DNA from: Chthonomonas calidirosea
Lineage (GTDB): Bacteria; Armatimonadota; Fimbriimonadia; Fimbriimonadales; Fimbriimonadaceae
Reading direction: 5' to 3'
NCBI GenBank assembly: GCA_945859975.1
Contig: CAMAPH010000037.1
Coordinates: forward strand, 1 to 27,601
DNA: 27,601 bases
Shown: positions 16,969 to 25,258 of the stretch, piece by piece
How the letters are laid out: each line of letters begins with the position of its first letter
How positions within the stretch are numbered: the first letter of the stretch is position 1
Notes under the pieces: model-generated
Seen by the model: only the letters and a program-made list of their open reading frames with translations
Told to the model about the DNA's origin: nothing
Database searches by the model: none
Position numbers and translations under genes: made by a program

Positions 16969-18645
16969 TTACTCGCTGGGGTTATAGTTCGCGAAAAAGT
17001 TGCCCGAGATGAACGAGAGTCCGAAAGCGAGGCCAATTTGTAACGGAACGAGCACGGGGATGACCCACGGTAGCGGGATGTGCAGCGCGAATGCGGCAAA
17101 GAAGCAGATGATGCCGGGCACGGTGCCGAAGACCTGCGCGATCATTGAAATGAAACTTCGGAAGCCCCGCTGAGTAGGGTCGTCGACGTCCGGGAAAAGC
17201 AGTGTCGACAGCATCGTGGTGGACGACAACAGCAGCGAATAGCTTGGAAGCACGAACACCAGCGTTATCGCTTCGTTCCAGAGCCTAGGCTGGAAACAGC
17301 CTGCGACGACGGACGTTAGAACGACGACAAGCGCCGCAGGGATGGCCTTAGAGATGACCTCCCAGAACACGGTGATGTTGGGCGAATACGGAAGTGGCTT
17401 TAGAACATCGACGCGCTTTAGGGTTTCGACGAAGCCAATCTGGGCGCCGGCGGTTGCAAGCATGAACGTGCTCGCCGCTTGCATGATGATGAAAAGGTAC
17501 GACGCACCGGTGGAGATTCTTGTCGATCCGAAGGTGGCAACTCCCGTTAAGGCAAATGCTGCGATTGATAATGCGACGTACTGCCAGATTCCTCCACGGA
17601 ACTGAAGAATCGCCTCTCGCCAGATAAACGCCGGAGCGCCCACCAGAGTTTTGGCGGCGATCCACTTCGAAATCCGGTTTTGCTTAATCTTGCCTTGGCG
17701 GGCGTATTCGGCCAGAACGCCGAAGGTATCGCCCTTCTTTTGCATGCTCGAGATATTGCCGGCTTCGTTCCCTCGGGTGGCGGCTTGGTCGTACATCCAA
17801 GTTGCCTGTTGCATGGCACCCCAGAGTCCGAGGCCGGTGCAGACCAAGAGACCAAGTGCTCCTAGAGTTCCGTACAGCAAATTGCTGTTCAGGGGAGCCA
17901 TGACGGTTGCAGTCGCGAGAGTTGCGGGCCAGAAGGCGATCTTTGCGAGTGGGGACCCCAAGGCGCCGGTGACCGTGTATCCGGTCAAGTTATCGCGAAG
18001 GGAGAACGCTAACAGGATGATGAAGAGAATAGGTAGGCCGACCACAGCCAAGGCGACCGCCCAACGCACCTGTGCAGGCTTTTTCCAGTCGCGATTTAGG
18101 AACAACCGAACCGCGAACCCGATCATCGTCCACATCAAAGCGAGCAAAATCCACGATCCCATCCCGACGCGGAGGAAATAACTTCCGTACTGTGGGAAGT
18201 TGCGGAACAAGTACTCCACTCCCTCCATCGAGCCTCGACCGCCGATTACGATGAAGAAGAACGGCATCAGCAGGGTGAAGAAAAACTCCCGCACGATGTT
18301 GAAAGCCAGCACGAGCTTCGGGTTGATCGGAGTCGGGAACAGCACATCCACATCGGCTGCACGGTGAACGACTTTGCCGCTGAAGACACCCAGGCTCAGG
18401 ACCAGCGAGAGCACGGCGAACACTGCAAAGATGTAGGGCTCCAGGGTGTTGACGGGAGGAAGCACCAACGCGTCGTTGGTCGGTGAGAGCTTACGGAACG
18501 TGGGCCCTTTTTGGAATGGGCGGAAGAGGATAAGCCCGAAGTAACCAAAGAAGAACAGCACGCCAATCAGCCGGCGAACATTCGAAAATGCACGCTTGAT
18601 GCCGTTAAGAAACGACCGGACCGCGAGAAAAATCAGTGGATGCAT
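16969..18645 (-). CDS. Putative ABC exporter permease
   Basis: Many TM segments in two halves. ADVDVLFPTPI and DVLKPLP motifs are typical of ABC-2-like exporter permeases. Directly follows the ABC ATPase. Alternative start TTG 18654. Confidence 0.78.
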   Translation of the reverse strand: MHPLIFLAVRSFLNGIKRAFSNVRRLIGVLFFFGYFGLILFRPFQKGPTFRKLSPTNDALVLPPVNTLEPYIFAVFAVLSLVLSLGVFSGKVVHRAADVDVLFPTPINPKLVLAFNIVREFFFTLLMPFFFIVIGGRGSMEGVEYLFRNFPQYGSYFLRVGMGSWILLALMWTMIGFAVRLFLNRDWKKPAQVRWAVALAVVGLPILFIILLAFSLRDNLTGYTVTGALGSPLAKIAFWPATLATATVMAPLNSNLLYGTLGALGLLVCTGLGLWGAMQQATWMYDQAATRGNEAGNISSMQKKGDTFGVLAEYARQGKIKQNRISKWIAAKTLVGAPAFIWREAILQFRGGIWQYVALSIAAFALTGVATFGSTRISTGASYLFIIMQAASTFMLATAGAQIGFVETLKRVDVLKPLPYSPNITVFWEVISKAIPAALVVVLTSVVAGCFQPRLWNEAITLVFVLPSYSLLLSSTTMLSTLLFPDVDDPTQRGFRSFISMIAQVFGTVPGIICFFAAFALHIPLPWVIPVLVPLQIGLAFGLSFISGNFFANYNPSE

Positions 18646-18650
18646 CGAGT

Positions 18651-19394
18651 TCAAGCAGAAAGAACCGGAGGTGAATCTTCGGCGGTAATCGAAAGGAAGA
18701 TGTCTTCGAGCGACTGGTCGGCGGTGCCAAATTGTTCGCGCAGTTCCGCAACGGTTCCTTGGGCACGAAGGATGCCGCGCTGGACGATGAGCAACCGGTC
18801 ACAAAGCTTCTCGGCGGTGTCGAGCAGGTGAGTTGAAATGAGGATCGCGGCGCCGGCATCGCGTGCTCGTGTGATCTCATCCTTCAGTTCTCGCGCTCCT
18901 TCTGGGTCGATACCGATCAGAGGCTCGTCGAAGAGCAACACGTTTGCATCGTGAATGAGCGCACAGGCCACGGAGAGTTTCTGACGCATTCCTTTGCTCA
19001 GAGTGGCAACGAGCTCATTTCGCTTGTCAGAAAGTCGGTAGCGCGAAAGCAACGTTTCCTTTTGCGACTCGAATAGGTCCATCCGCTTGAAGCACATGGC
19101 GATGAACTTCAGGTGCTCTTCGACGGTTAGAAGTTCGTAAAGCGCGGGTACTTCGGGGACGAACGCGAGATTTGCTTTTGCCCGGGCTTGGTCCTGCACA
19201 ACATCGAACCCGTTAATGAAGACCTCGCCACCAGTGGGGCGAAGAATGCCCGCGATGCATCGCAAAGCCGTGGTCTTACCTGCCCCGTTTGGCCCCAGCA
19301 ATCCGATGATCTCGCCGGGTTGAACGTTGAAGGTCAAATCATTGACGGCGAGGTGCCGCTTGTACTCTTTGCGCAATCCGCGCACGTCTAACAC
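18651..19394 (-). CDS. ABC transporter ATP-binding protein
   Basis: GPNGAGKTT, LSKGMRQ, LLFDEP, ISTH. The GTG at 19394 gives MLDVRGL and lies 6 nt after a -10-like hexamer (the ORF track starts at TTG 19400). Confidence 0.93.
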   Translation of the reverse strand: MLDVRGLRKEYKRHLAVNDLTFNVQPGEIIGLLGPNGAGKTTALRCIAGILRPTGGEVFINGFDVVQDQARAKANLAFVPEVPALYELLTVEEHLKFIAMCFKRMDLFESQKETLLSRYRLSDKRNELVATLSKGMRQKLSVACALIHDANVLLFDEPLIGIDPEGARELKDEITRARDAGAAILISTHLLDTAEKLCDRLLIVQRGILRAQGTVAELREQFGTADQSLEDIFLSITAEDSPPVLSA

Positions 19395-19400
19395 CAACAA

Positions 19401-19424
19401 TGTTTACCGCACGTTCGGTAAATT
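19401..19424. promoter_or_regulatory. Back-to-back candidate -10 elements for the divergent ABC ATPase and moxR genes
   Basis: Inverted repeat tttaccg-cacgtt-cggtaaa (19403-19422). It gives ggTAAACA 6 nt before GTG on minus and ggTAAATT 7 nt before ATG on plus. Confidence 0.5.
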
Positions 19425-19431
19425 CCGGCCA

Positions 19432-20379
19432 ATGAACGTCGCGCAAATTGCAGAAAAGGTCCTTCTCCAGGTCCGCAAGGCCATCTCTGGGCAGGATGCC
19501 GTGATTGAGCAGGTGCTGGTGGGCATTCTGGCCAACGGTAACATCTTGCTGGAAGGCGTTCCGGGCGTGGCGAAAACGCTCTTAGTTCGGACCGTAGCGC
19601 GGACGTTTGACCTTGAATACGGCCGAGTGCAGTTCACGCCGGACCTGATGCCGAGCGACGTCATCGGCACGAGCATCTTCGATCTTAAGACCAACGAGCT
19701 GCGCCTTCGAAAGGGACCCATCTTTGTGAACGTGCTGCTGGCGGATGAAATCAACCGAACTCCGCCGAAGACCCAAGCGGCGTTGCTTGAGGCCATGGAA
19801 GAGCGGCAGGCGACGATTGACGGTGAGGCCTACCCACTGCCGCCTCCGTTCCTCGTCTTCGCCACCCAAAACCCGATCGACTTTGAAGGTACGTACCCGC
19901 TACCTGAAGCTCAGCAAGACCGATTCTTGCTGAAGGTTCTCGTGAGCTACCCAAGCCAGGAAGAAGAAATTGCCGTAATGAAGCGGCACCATGGCGGATT
20001 CCGGCCGCAGTCGCTTGATCTCGCCGGCATCGAAAAAGTTGTCTCGGTGCAGGAATTGATCGAGCTTCAGGAAGTCGTGCGCCAAACCACCGTCGAAGAC
20101 CGCGTTTTCGACTACATCTATAAAATTGTCCAGGAGACCCGGCGCGCGAATGACCTTCTGGTCGGTGGCTCGCCTCGTGCGGGAATCGCTCTGCTCAACG
20201 CCGGTAAGGCTTTGGCAAGGTTACGAGATCGCGACTTCGTGATTCCAGACGACATCAAGGAACTGAGCCTGCCAGTTTTGCGACACCGTGTGCTCCTGCG
20301 GCCAGAGGCCGAGGTGGAAGGACTCACGGCCGACCAAATTCTCACTTCGATTTTGGATCGCCAGACCGTTCCACGCTGA
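19432..20379 (+). CDS. moxR: MoxR-family AAA+ ATPase
   Basis: LLEGVPGVAKT, RVQFTPDLMPSD, LLADEINR, ATQNPIDFEGTYPLPEAQQDRF, GGSPRA. ATG 19432 is preferred because the 19327 start would overlap the divergent gene. Confidence 0.93.
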   Translation: MNVAQIAEKVLLQVRKAISGQDAVIEQVLVGILANGNILLEGVPGVAKTLLVRTVARTFDLEYGRVQFTPDLMPSDVIGTSIFDLKTNELRLRKGPIFVNVLLADEINRTPPKTQAALLEAMEERQATIDGEAYPLPPPFLVFATQNPIDFEGTYPLPEAQQDRFLLKVLVSYPSQEEEIAVMKRHHGGFRPQSLDLAGIEKVVSVQELIELQEVVRQTTVEDRVFDYIYKIVQETRRANDLLVGGSPRAGIALLNAGKALARLRDRDFVIPDDIKELSLPVLRHRVLLRPEAEVEGLTADQILTSILDRQTVPR

Positions 20380-20388
20380 GCCCGAGGC

Positions 20389-20397
20389 TGGTATAGT
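20389..20397 (+). promoter_or_regulatory. Candidate extended -10 promoter TGgTATAGT
   Basis: TGn followed by TATAGT, 7 nt upstream of the 5' end of the cloverleaf element. Confidence 0.55.
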
Positions 20398-20404
20398 CGC
20401 TGAT

Positions 20405-20459
20405 CGGAGAGCCCAGGAGGGACGATAAGGACGTCGAAGCATGGAAGCTTCCTCCGCCA
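20405..20459 (+). ncRNA. Candidate small RNA: four-way junction with GGA loops (Csr/Rsm-like, tRNA-shaped)
   Basis: Closing stem cggag/ctccg encloses ccc-AGGA-ggg, gacg-ATAAGGA-cgtc and gaagc-ATGGAA-gcttc, followed by CCA. Candidate promoter directly upstream. Confidence 0.55.
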
Positions 20460-20482
20460 TACATTTGCTTGTTCGTCGGATG

Positions 20483-20488
20483 TAACCT
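20483..20488 (+). promoter_or_regulatory. Candidate -10 (TAACCT) for a leaderless nitroreductase transcript
   Basis: TAACCT lies 6 nt before ATG 20495. There is no strong SD at normal spacing. Confidence 0.45.
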
Positions 20489-20494
20489 GACGGC

Positions 20495-21118
20495 ATGGAA
20501 TTTCTCGAAGTACTGAGTTCTCGCCGATCCGTGCCTTCATTTGATCCTTCGGTTTCAATCGACCGAACCGTGCTGCTGGAGATCCTGAACACCGCCAACC
20601 TGGCGCCGAGTTCCATGTGCTTGCAGCAGTGGGAGTACATCGTCTGTGACACCCCGGAGGCGAAAGCCCGGCTTCAGGCCGCTTCCTTCAACCAAAAGAA
20701 GATCACCGAAGCCAGCGCCGTGGTGATCGTTCTGGGCAATTTGAAAGCTGCGGAGCAGCACGCCGAAATCGTCGCTGACGCAAACATGGAAGCGGGCTAC
20801 TTTGGCGAAGACCGCCGGGAGCGCTGGATTGCGAGCGCAAAGAAGGGTTGGCCGACGGAGCGAGTCGAACGCGACGAGGCATTTCGGGGCCCTAGCCTTT
20901 GGGCGATGACTTTCATGCTCGCCGCGAAAGAAGCAGGTTGGGACACCGCGCCGATGGGCGGCTACGAACCGGACAAAGTGATCGCGGAATTTGGACTTCC
21001 GGAGACTCACATCCCGGTCTTACTGATAGCCATCGGTAAGGCAAATCCGGAGATCACGTTGCTTCCGCGGGTGAAGCGCATTCCAGCAGAAACCTTGGCG
21101 CATTTCAATAATTGGTAA
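20495..21118 (+). CDS. Nitroreductase-family flavoprotein
   Basis: SRRSVPSF, LAPSSMCLQQW, MLAAKEAGWDTAPMGGYE, IAIGK. Confidence 0.92.
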   Translation: MEFLEVLSSRRSVPSFDPSVSIDRTVLLEILNTANLAPSSMCLQQWEYIVCDTPEAKARLQAASFNQKKITEASAVVIVLGNLKAAEQHAEIVADANMEAGYFGEDRRERWIASAKKGWPTERVERDEAFRGPSLWAMTFMLAAKEAGWDTAPMGGYEPDKVIAEFGLPETHIPVLLIAIGKANPEITLLPRVKRIPAETLAHFNNW

Positions 21119-21142
21119 GTTCCGGCTCGTGACTGCGTCTGT

Positions 21143-22069
21143 TTGATCGTGGGAATCACGGCGTTAATCGGCTCGCCCGCGGACAGTTGGAGACACTGGC
21201 TGCGGGAGAATCTCGGTTCGTCCGACCTGCTTTGCCTCAGCCCCAACGAACCTAACCTCGGCCCGCCCGGACAAATTGCTCTGTACCGTGGCGAGGTGCC
21301 GGTTTGGACTCGGTTTTACGGATCGCTGGACGCAACGCGCTCGCCCCACGTGCTCGTGGCCGCGCTGGCTGAGGCGCAGCAACACTTTCGAGACGGCATG
21401 GTGCTGTTTCCCAGTTATCGGCCCAGCCCCGTGCTTGCTCAGACGGTCCGTTTGCTCTTGCGCTTGCTGAACCCAGATGAACTCTTGGTGAGCGAGCGAA
21501 GTGAAACCCCGACCGGCGGCTGGGGAATCCCGCTTGAACCCGAGCCGGTTGAGTTGGCGGCGTCTCTAACGACTCAGGTGCTAGAGGCTCAACGCAAAGC
21601 GCACTGGATGCGGCTTTGGGACGAGTCGTTTGATCATGAGTTGCCGCTTTCCGGCGTGTCGATCGAAGGTCTGCGCTTAGGATCTGGGAAGATGATCGGC
21701 TTTGAGGAGCGCAGGAAGCTCGGCTTAAATTGGTGTTTGCACCTTGAAGTTTCGGCCGCGAGTGCTTTTGCCGTTGTCACCGATTCCCCGACCGAAGAAG
21801 AGATCTCGGAGGTTCTTGACGCGTTTCACGTTCCGAAATTGCATGTTGTGCCTGCATCCGCTTACAAGAGTTTGCTGTGCGGGTTGGCGCGATCGCATGG
21901 TGAGGAGATCGGGATTGGGTTTATTGAGGATATCGACTTTGCGCAGCAGATATTGAAGCTGCGAGCAACGGCTGTTCCGCCCACACCCGTCCCCATTTTG
22001 AAGGTGGGCTCAATCAAAGTCGATCGCGCGGGCCGAGAGTTACCGGAGCCTCGACCTTGGCAAGTGTAG
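21143..22069 (+). CDS. Clp1/Grc3-like polynucleotide-kinase-fold protein with degenerate catalytic motifs
   Basis: LGPPGQIAL, RFYGS, LNPDELL and C-terminal LLCGL..GEEIGIGFIEDIDF..LKVGSIKVDRAGRE resemble prokaryotic Clp1. No GxxxxGKS/T. Start TTG 21143 or GTG 21149. Confidence 0.6.
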   Translation: MIVGITALIGSPADSWRHWLRENLGSSDLLCLSPNEPNLGPPGQIALYRGEVPVWTRFYGSLDATRSPHVLVAALAEAQQHFRDGMVLFPSYRPSPVLAQTVRLLLRLLNPDELLVSERSETPTGGWGIPLEPEPVELAASLTTQVLEAQRKAHWMRLWDESFDHELPLSGVSIEGLRLGSGKMIGFEERRKLGLNWCLHLEVSAASAFAVVTDSPTEEEISEVLDAFHVPKLHVVPASAYKSLLCGLARSHGEEIGIGFIEDIDFAQQILKLRATAVPPTPVPILKVGSIKVDRAGRELPEPRPWQV

Positions 22070-22116
22070 ACTCCTCGGTCTAATGAGAGCCGTGGTTGCA
22101 TGAGAGGCGTTGTCGA

Positions 22117-22731
22117 ATGAAGGTCTTTGTTGTGCGCCATGGAGAAACGGACTGGAACAAGCACGGCTACGCCCAGGGCCACACGGACATCAGCCTGAAT
22201 AGCGACGGCCGCCGTCAGGGGCAACTGCTATCGGATCATTTGCTGAACATTCCGATTGACCGCATCTTTTGCTCGGACCTCAAACGGTGCCGCGAAACGA
22301 TTGCCACTTTCGAAGCTGCCGTGCGAACGAAGGTCGAGGTTCGTGCCGATTTACGCGAGCGCAGTTTCGGCGAATGGGAGGGGCGACACTTTACCGACCT
22401 CCACGCGGCGCTCCGAGATTTGGGCGAGAACACCGGGCTCGATACTTCCGAAGTGCGACCGCCCGGAGGAGAATCATTTGCCGATGTTTGGAACCGAGTG
22501 GGACCATTTCTGGATGAGATTGAGACCTTGTCCGGTAACGTTTTGGTGGTCACGCATGGCGGAACCGCGGGCGTCATCATCGCTAGAATGATCTTGGCAA
22601 CGGTCAAAACTTGCCGTTCCTTTCGATTCGGCAACACCGGTCTCACTGAGCTAGAGCGAAGAAACGATAACGGCTATATGATACGGCGGCTCAATGATTT
22701 GCGGCACCTCGGCGAGGAGTTTGAACGGTGA
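22117..22731 (+). CDS. Histidine phosphatase (phosphoglycerate mutase-like) family protein
   Basis: VRHGETDWN, SDLKRC, LRERSFGEWEG, VTHGG. ATG 22117 has a GAGAGG SD. Confidence 0.92.
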   Translation: MKVFVVRHGETDWNKHGYAQGHTDISLNSDGRRQGQLLSDHLLNIPIDRIFCSDLKRCRETIATFEAAVRTKVEVRADLRERSFGEWEGRHFTDLHAALRDLGENTGLDTSEVRPPGGESFADVWNRVGPFLDEIETLSGNVLVVTHGGTAGVIIARMILATVKTCRSFRFGNTGLTELERRNDNGYMIRRLNDLRHLGEEFER

Positions 22732-24215
22732 AAAAGGCGAAAGAAGTTCTTAAGAAAGTTGGCCCTGGACTTGCAACCGGCATCTTGCTGATGCTGGCCT
22801 TTCCGCCGTTTGGATTTGCCCTAGTTCTCCTTGTAGCGCTTGTTCCTTGGCTCATTTCGCTTCGAGAGATGGATCACAAGCAGGCTTGGAAAAGCGGCTA
22901 TGGGATGGGGATTTGGTACGGTGCTAGCCAGCTCTTCTGGGTTTTCGGATTCATTCTCAAGTGGACGGGTAGTCCGGTCTACGGCGCTATCCCGTGGGTG
23001 ATTGTCACCATCCTCTTTGCGATCTATTACGGCCTCGTTGGGATGGCAATTTCGAAATGCTATCGGGCCGACAAGGGATGGATGATCCCGCTGGTTTGGG
23101 CAGGAATGGAGACGTTTCGATCCTATATTCCGATTTTGGCGTTTCCTTGGAGTCTCTTGGCGGCACCACTGGGAAGGTATCCGGAGTTCATTCAAGGGGC
23201 TTACTTCGGCACGATCTTCTTGGTGAGTGCGGCCCTTGTGGCGGTAAATGTGTTGGCCGCAGAAGTTTTCGGAAAGCCGAAGGGCCGAACCTGGATCGCC
23301 ATGGCAGTGTGGATCACCGCGTATTTGGCGCTCAACTTTGGCCGGGCAGCGATGCAAACGGATACCAAGCCGGTAAGAGTCGGCCTGTTACAACCGGGAG
23401 AAGACCTAGCCTTCGGCGATAGCAATACCGAGTTCACGCGCTTGTTATCTCGTTTTGGAGAACTCCTTCCGATTGCGCTGGATAGCAAGCCAGAACTGAT
23501 TGTCATGCCGGAAGGAATCACTTCTGCGCCTACAATGCCGCCTTCGGTGCCGTTCTATCTTCCCGAAAAGACGCCGGTGCTTTTTGGCGGACAACGCAGT
23601 AAGAAGCCGACCTTTCAGAGCGCGTTTTTGTTTAGCAACCAATCTTGGAAGTACGCGGACAAAACTCGACTCGTTATTTTCGGGGAGTTTGTTCCGTTCC
23701 GGCAGTATCTCCCGAAAGGATTCAATTTGCCTTCGGGAGACTTGGAAGAAAGCAAAGATGGGCTGAAACAATTCACGTTGCCGTTTGCAAAGGTTGGACC
23801 CATCTTGTGTTTTGAGGCGCTTTTCCCGGATATCTCGTGGCGTCACGCCAACTCCGGCACCACGATGATTGCCGTGATGAGCATTGATGACTGGTTCATG
23901 GGCACTCCCGCAATTGAACAGTTGCGCACCGCATCGGTTTGGCGAGCGGTGGAAACCGGCAATCCGATTGCCCGCGTGGGAGGTCTCGGAGCGACTTTTG
24001 CCGTGACCGGGCGGGGTGTTGTCCTTGACGAGGCACCGATTGGACCGCCAGCGGCAATGGTGGTCGAGCTTCCAGTTCCCAAGAAGCCTTCCAGCTTTAT
24101 CGGCACTTTGGCCTTTCCCGTGATCTCCCTTGGATTCTTCTGGGCAGGCGTGCTTTTCCGGTTCTCGAACCCGACTCCCGGCAAAAAGAACCGTGGAAAG
24201 AATAAGGTGGTTTGA
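22728..24215 (+). CDS. lnt: Apolipoprotein N-acyltransferase
   Basis: N-terminal TM domain with FPW. Nitrilase triad motifs MPEG, DKTRLVIFGEFVP, ILCFEALF, plus DDWF and RAVETG. GTGA overlap with the upstream gene. Confidence 0.93.
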   Translation: MKKAKEVLKKVGPGLATGILLMLAFPPFGFALVLLVALVPWLISLREMDHKQAWKSGYGMGIWYGASQLFWVFGFILKWTGSPVYGAIPWVIVTILFAIYYGLVGMAISKCYRADKGWMIPLVWAGMETFRSYIPILAFPWSLLAAPLGRYPEFIQGAYFGTIFLVSAALVAVNVLAAEVFGKPKGRTWIAMAVWITAYLALNFGRAAMQTDTKPVRVGLLQPGEDLAFGDSNTEFTRLLSRFGELLPIALDSKPELIVMPEGITSAPTMPPSVPFYLPEKTPVLFGGQRSKKPTFQSAFLFSNQSWKYADKTRLVIFGEFVPFRQYLPKGFNLPSGDLEESKDGLKQFTLPFAKVGPILCFEALFPDISWRHANSGTTMIAVMSIDDWFMGTPAIEQLRTASVWRAVETGNPIARVGGLGATFAVTGRGVVLDEAPIGPPAAMVVELPVPKKPSSFIGTLAFPVISLGFFWAGVLFRFSNPTPGKKNRGKNKVV

Positions 24216-25246
24216 TGAGTCGATTTGCGTCGCTTGAGGTTTTGCAGAGTCTGGTTCGGGCACCGGGACCGCCGGGGCACGAGGGCGCGATTCGGGATTT
24301 GATGGCCGGGTACGTCGCGGAGATTGGGCTGACGAGCTCGGTTGATGGCAAGGGAAATTTAAAAGTTTCCCTTGGTGAACCTAATCACATCGTTGTCACT
24401 GCCCACCTTGATGAGATCGCGCTGATGGTCACTTCGATCTCGGCGAGCGGCAAACTGAAAGTACGTGCACTCGGCGGTTTGCATCCTTGGAAGCTGGGCG
24501 AGTGCGCGGTGGACATTCTGGGCACACACGCGACTCTTCCCGGGATTCTAGGCTTTGGAAGTATCCACACCGAGGATCCGCGAAGCAACACGGTTCGGGC
24601 GCGAAACGGAGCGTTGAAGTGGGACGATGCGGAGGTTTTCACTGGGCTCTCTGCAAGCGCGCTTGCAGAAGCGGGGGTTCGGGTCGGAACGCGGGTCGTT
24701 ATTGCCTCCGCTTCGCGTGATTTGGTGACGCTGCCGCATCATGTCGCGGGACGGTTCTTGGATGATCGCGCGGATCTCGCAGCGTGGCTCATCATTCTTG
24801 AGGCGTTCAAAGACGTCTCGGCCCCGATTACGTTCCTTGCGACGACCTCGGAAGAAGTCGGTGGCGAGGGTGCGCTCTACCACCTAAGCCGGAATCCGGC
24901 CGATATCTGCATTGCCCTCGAGTTGGGAGCTAACGTTCCGGACGCTCCCGTCGAGCTTTCCGCTTCCCCAACAGTTTGGATGACGGACAGTTACTCACAG
25001 ACGAGCGCCGCGGATGCGGATCTGCTGCACGAAATCAGCAAGTCTACGGGCATTTCTTTACAATATCAGGCGTTCTCTCGCGGTGGTAGCGACGCCTCTT
25101 GCGCCGCATCGCACGGGCTTTGTGCCAGACCAATCACGCTGGGCTTGCCGATGGAAAACTCGCACGGGCTAGAAATCATGCATGCGCAGGCTATTCCCAA
25201 GCTAGCGGAGTTCACCATTGCGCTCCTTCAAAAGCTGATCGCGTGA
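24215..25246 (+). CDS. M42 family metallopeptidase
   Basis: PGPPGHE, AHLDEI, LDDRA, SEEVG, GGSDA, ENSHG. TGATG coupling to lnt. Confidence 0.9.
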   Translation: MSRFASLEVLQSLVRAPGPPGHEGAIRDLMAGYVAEIGLTSSVDGKGNLKVSLGEPNHIVVTAHLDEIALMVTSISASGKLKVRALGGLHPWKLGECAVDILGTHATLPGILGFGSIHTEDPRSNTVRARNGALKWDDAEVFTGLSASALAEAGVRVGTRVVIASASRDLVTLPHHVAGRFLDDRADLAAWLIILEAFKDVSAPITFLATTSEEVGGEGALYHLSRNPADICIALELGANVPDAPVELSASPTVWMTDSYSQTSAADADLLHEISKSTGISLQYQAFSRGGSDASCAASHGLCARPITLGLPMENSHGLEIMHAQAIPKLAEFTIALLQKLIA

Positions 25247-25252
25247 TAACCT
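25244..25252 (+). promoter_or_regulatory. Candidate extended -10 (TGaTAACCT) for a leaderless dehydrogenase transcript
   Basis: TAACCT lies 6 nt before ATG 25259. The TG overlaps the upstream stop codon. No SD. Confidence 0.45.
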
Positions 25253-25258
25253 TGGTCA

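Noticed and set aside
19327..19431. N-terminal extension of MoxR in the ORF track
   Set aside because: It overlaps the divergent ABC ATPase. ATG 19432 gives a normal-length MoxR with a -10-like element upstream.
20405..20459. Canonical tRNA or tRNA-derived attachment-site remnant (ends in TCCGCCA like tRNA-Ser)
   Set aside because: Only ~55 nt, with no TTCGA T-loop or D-loop consensus and no integrase nearby. Kept instead as a candidate sRNA.
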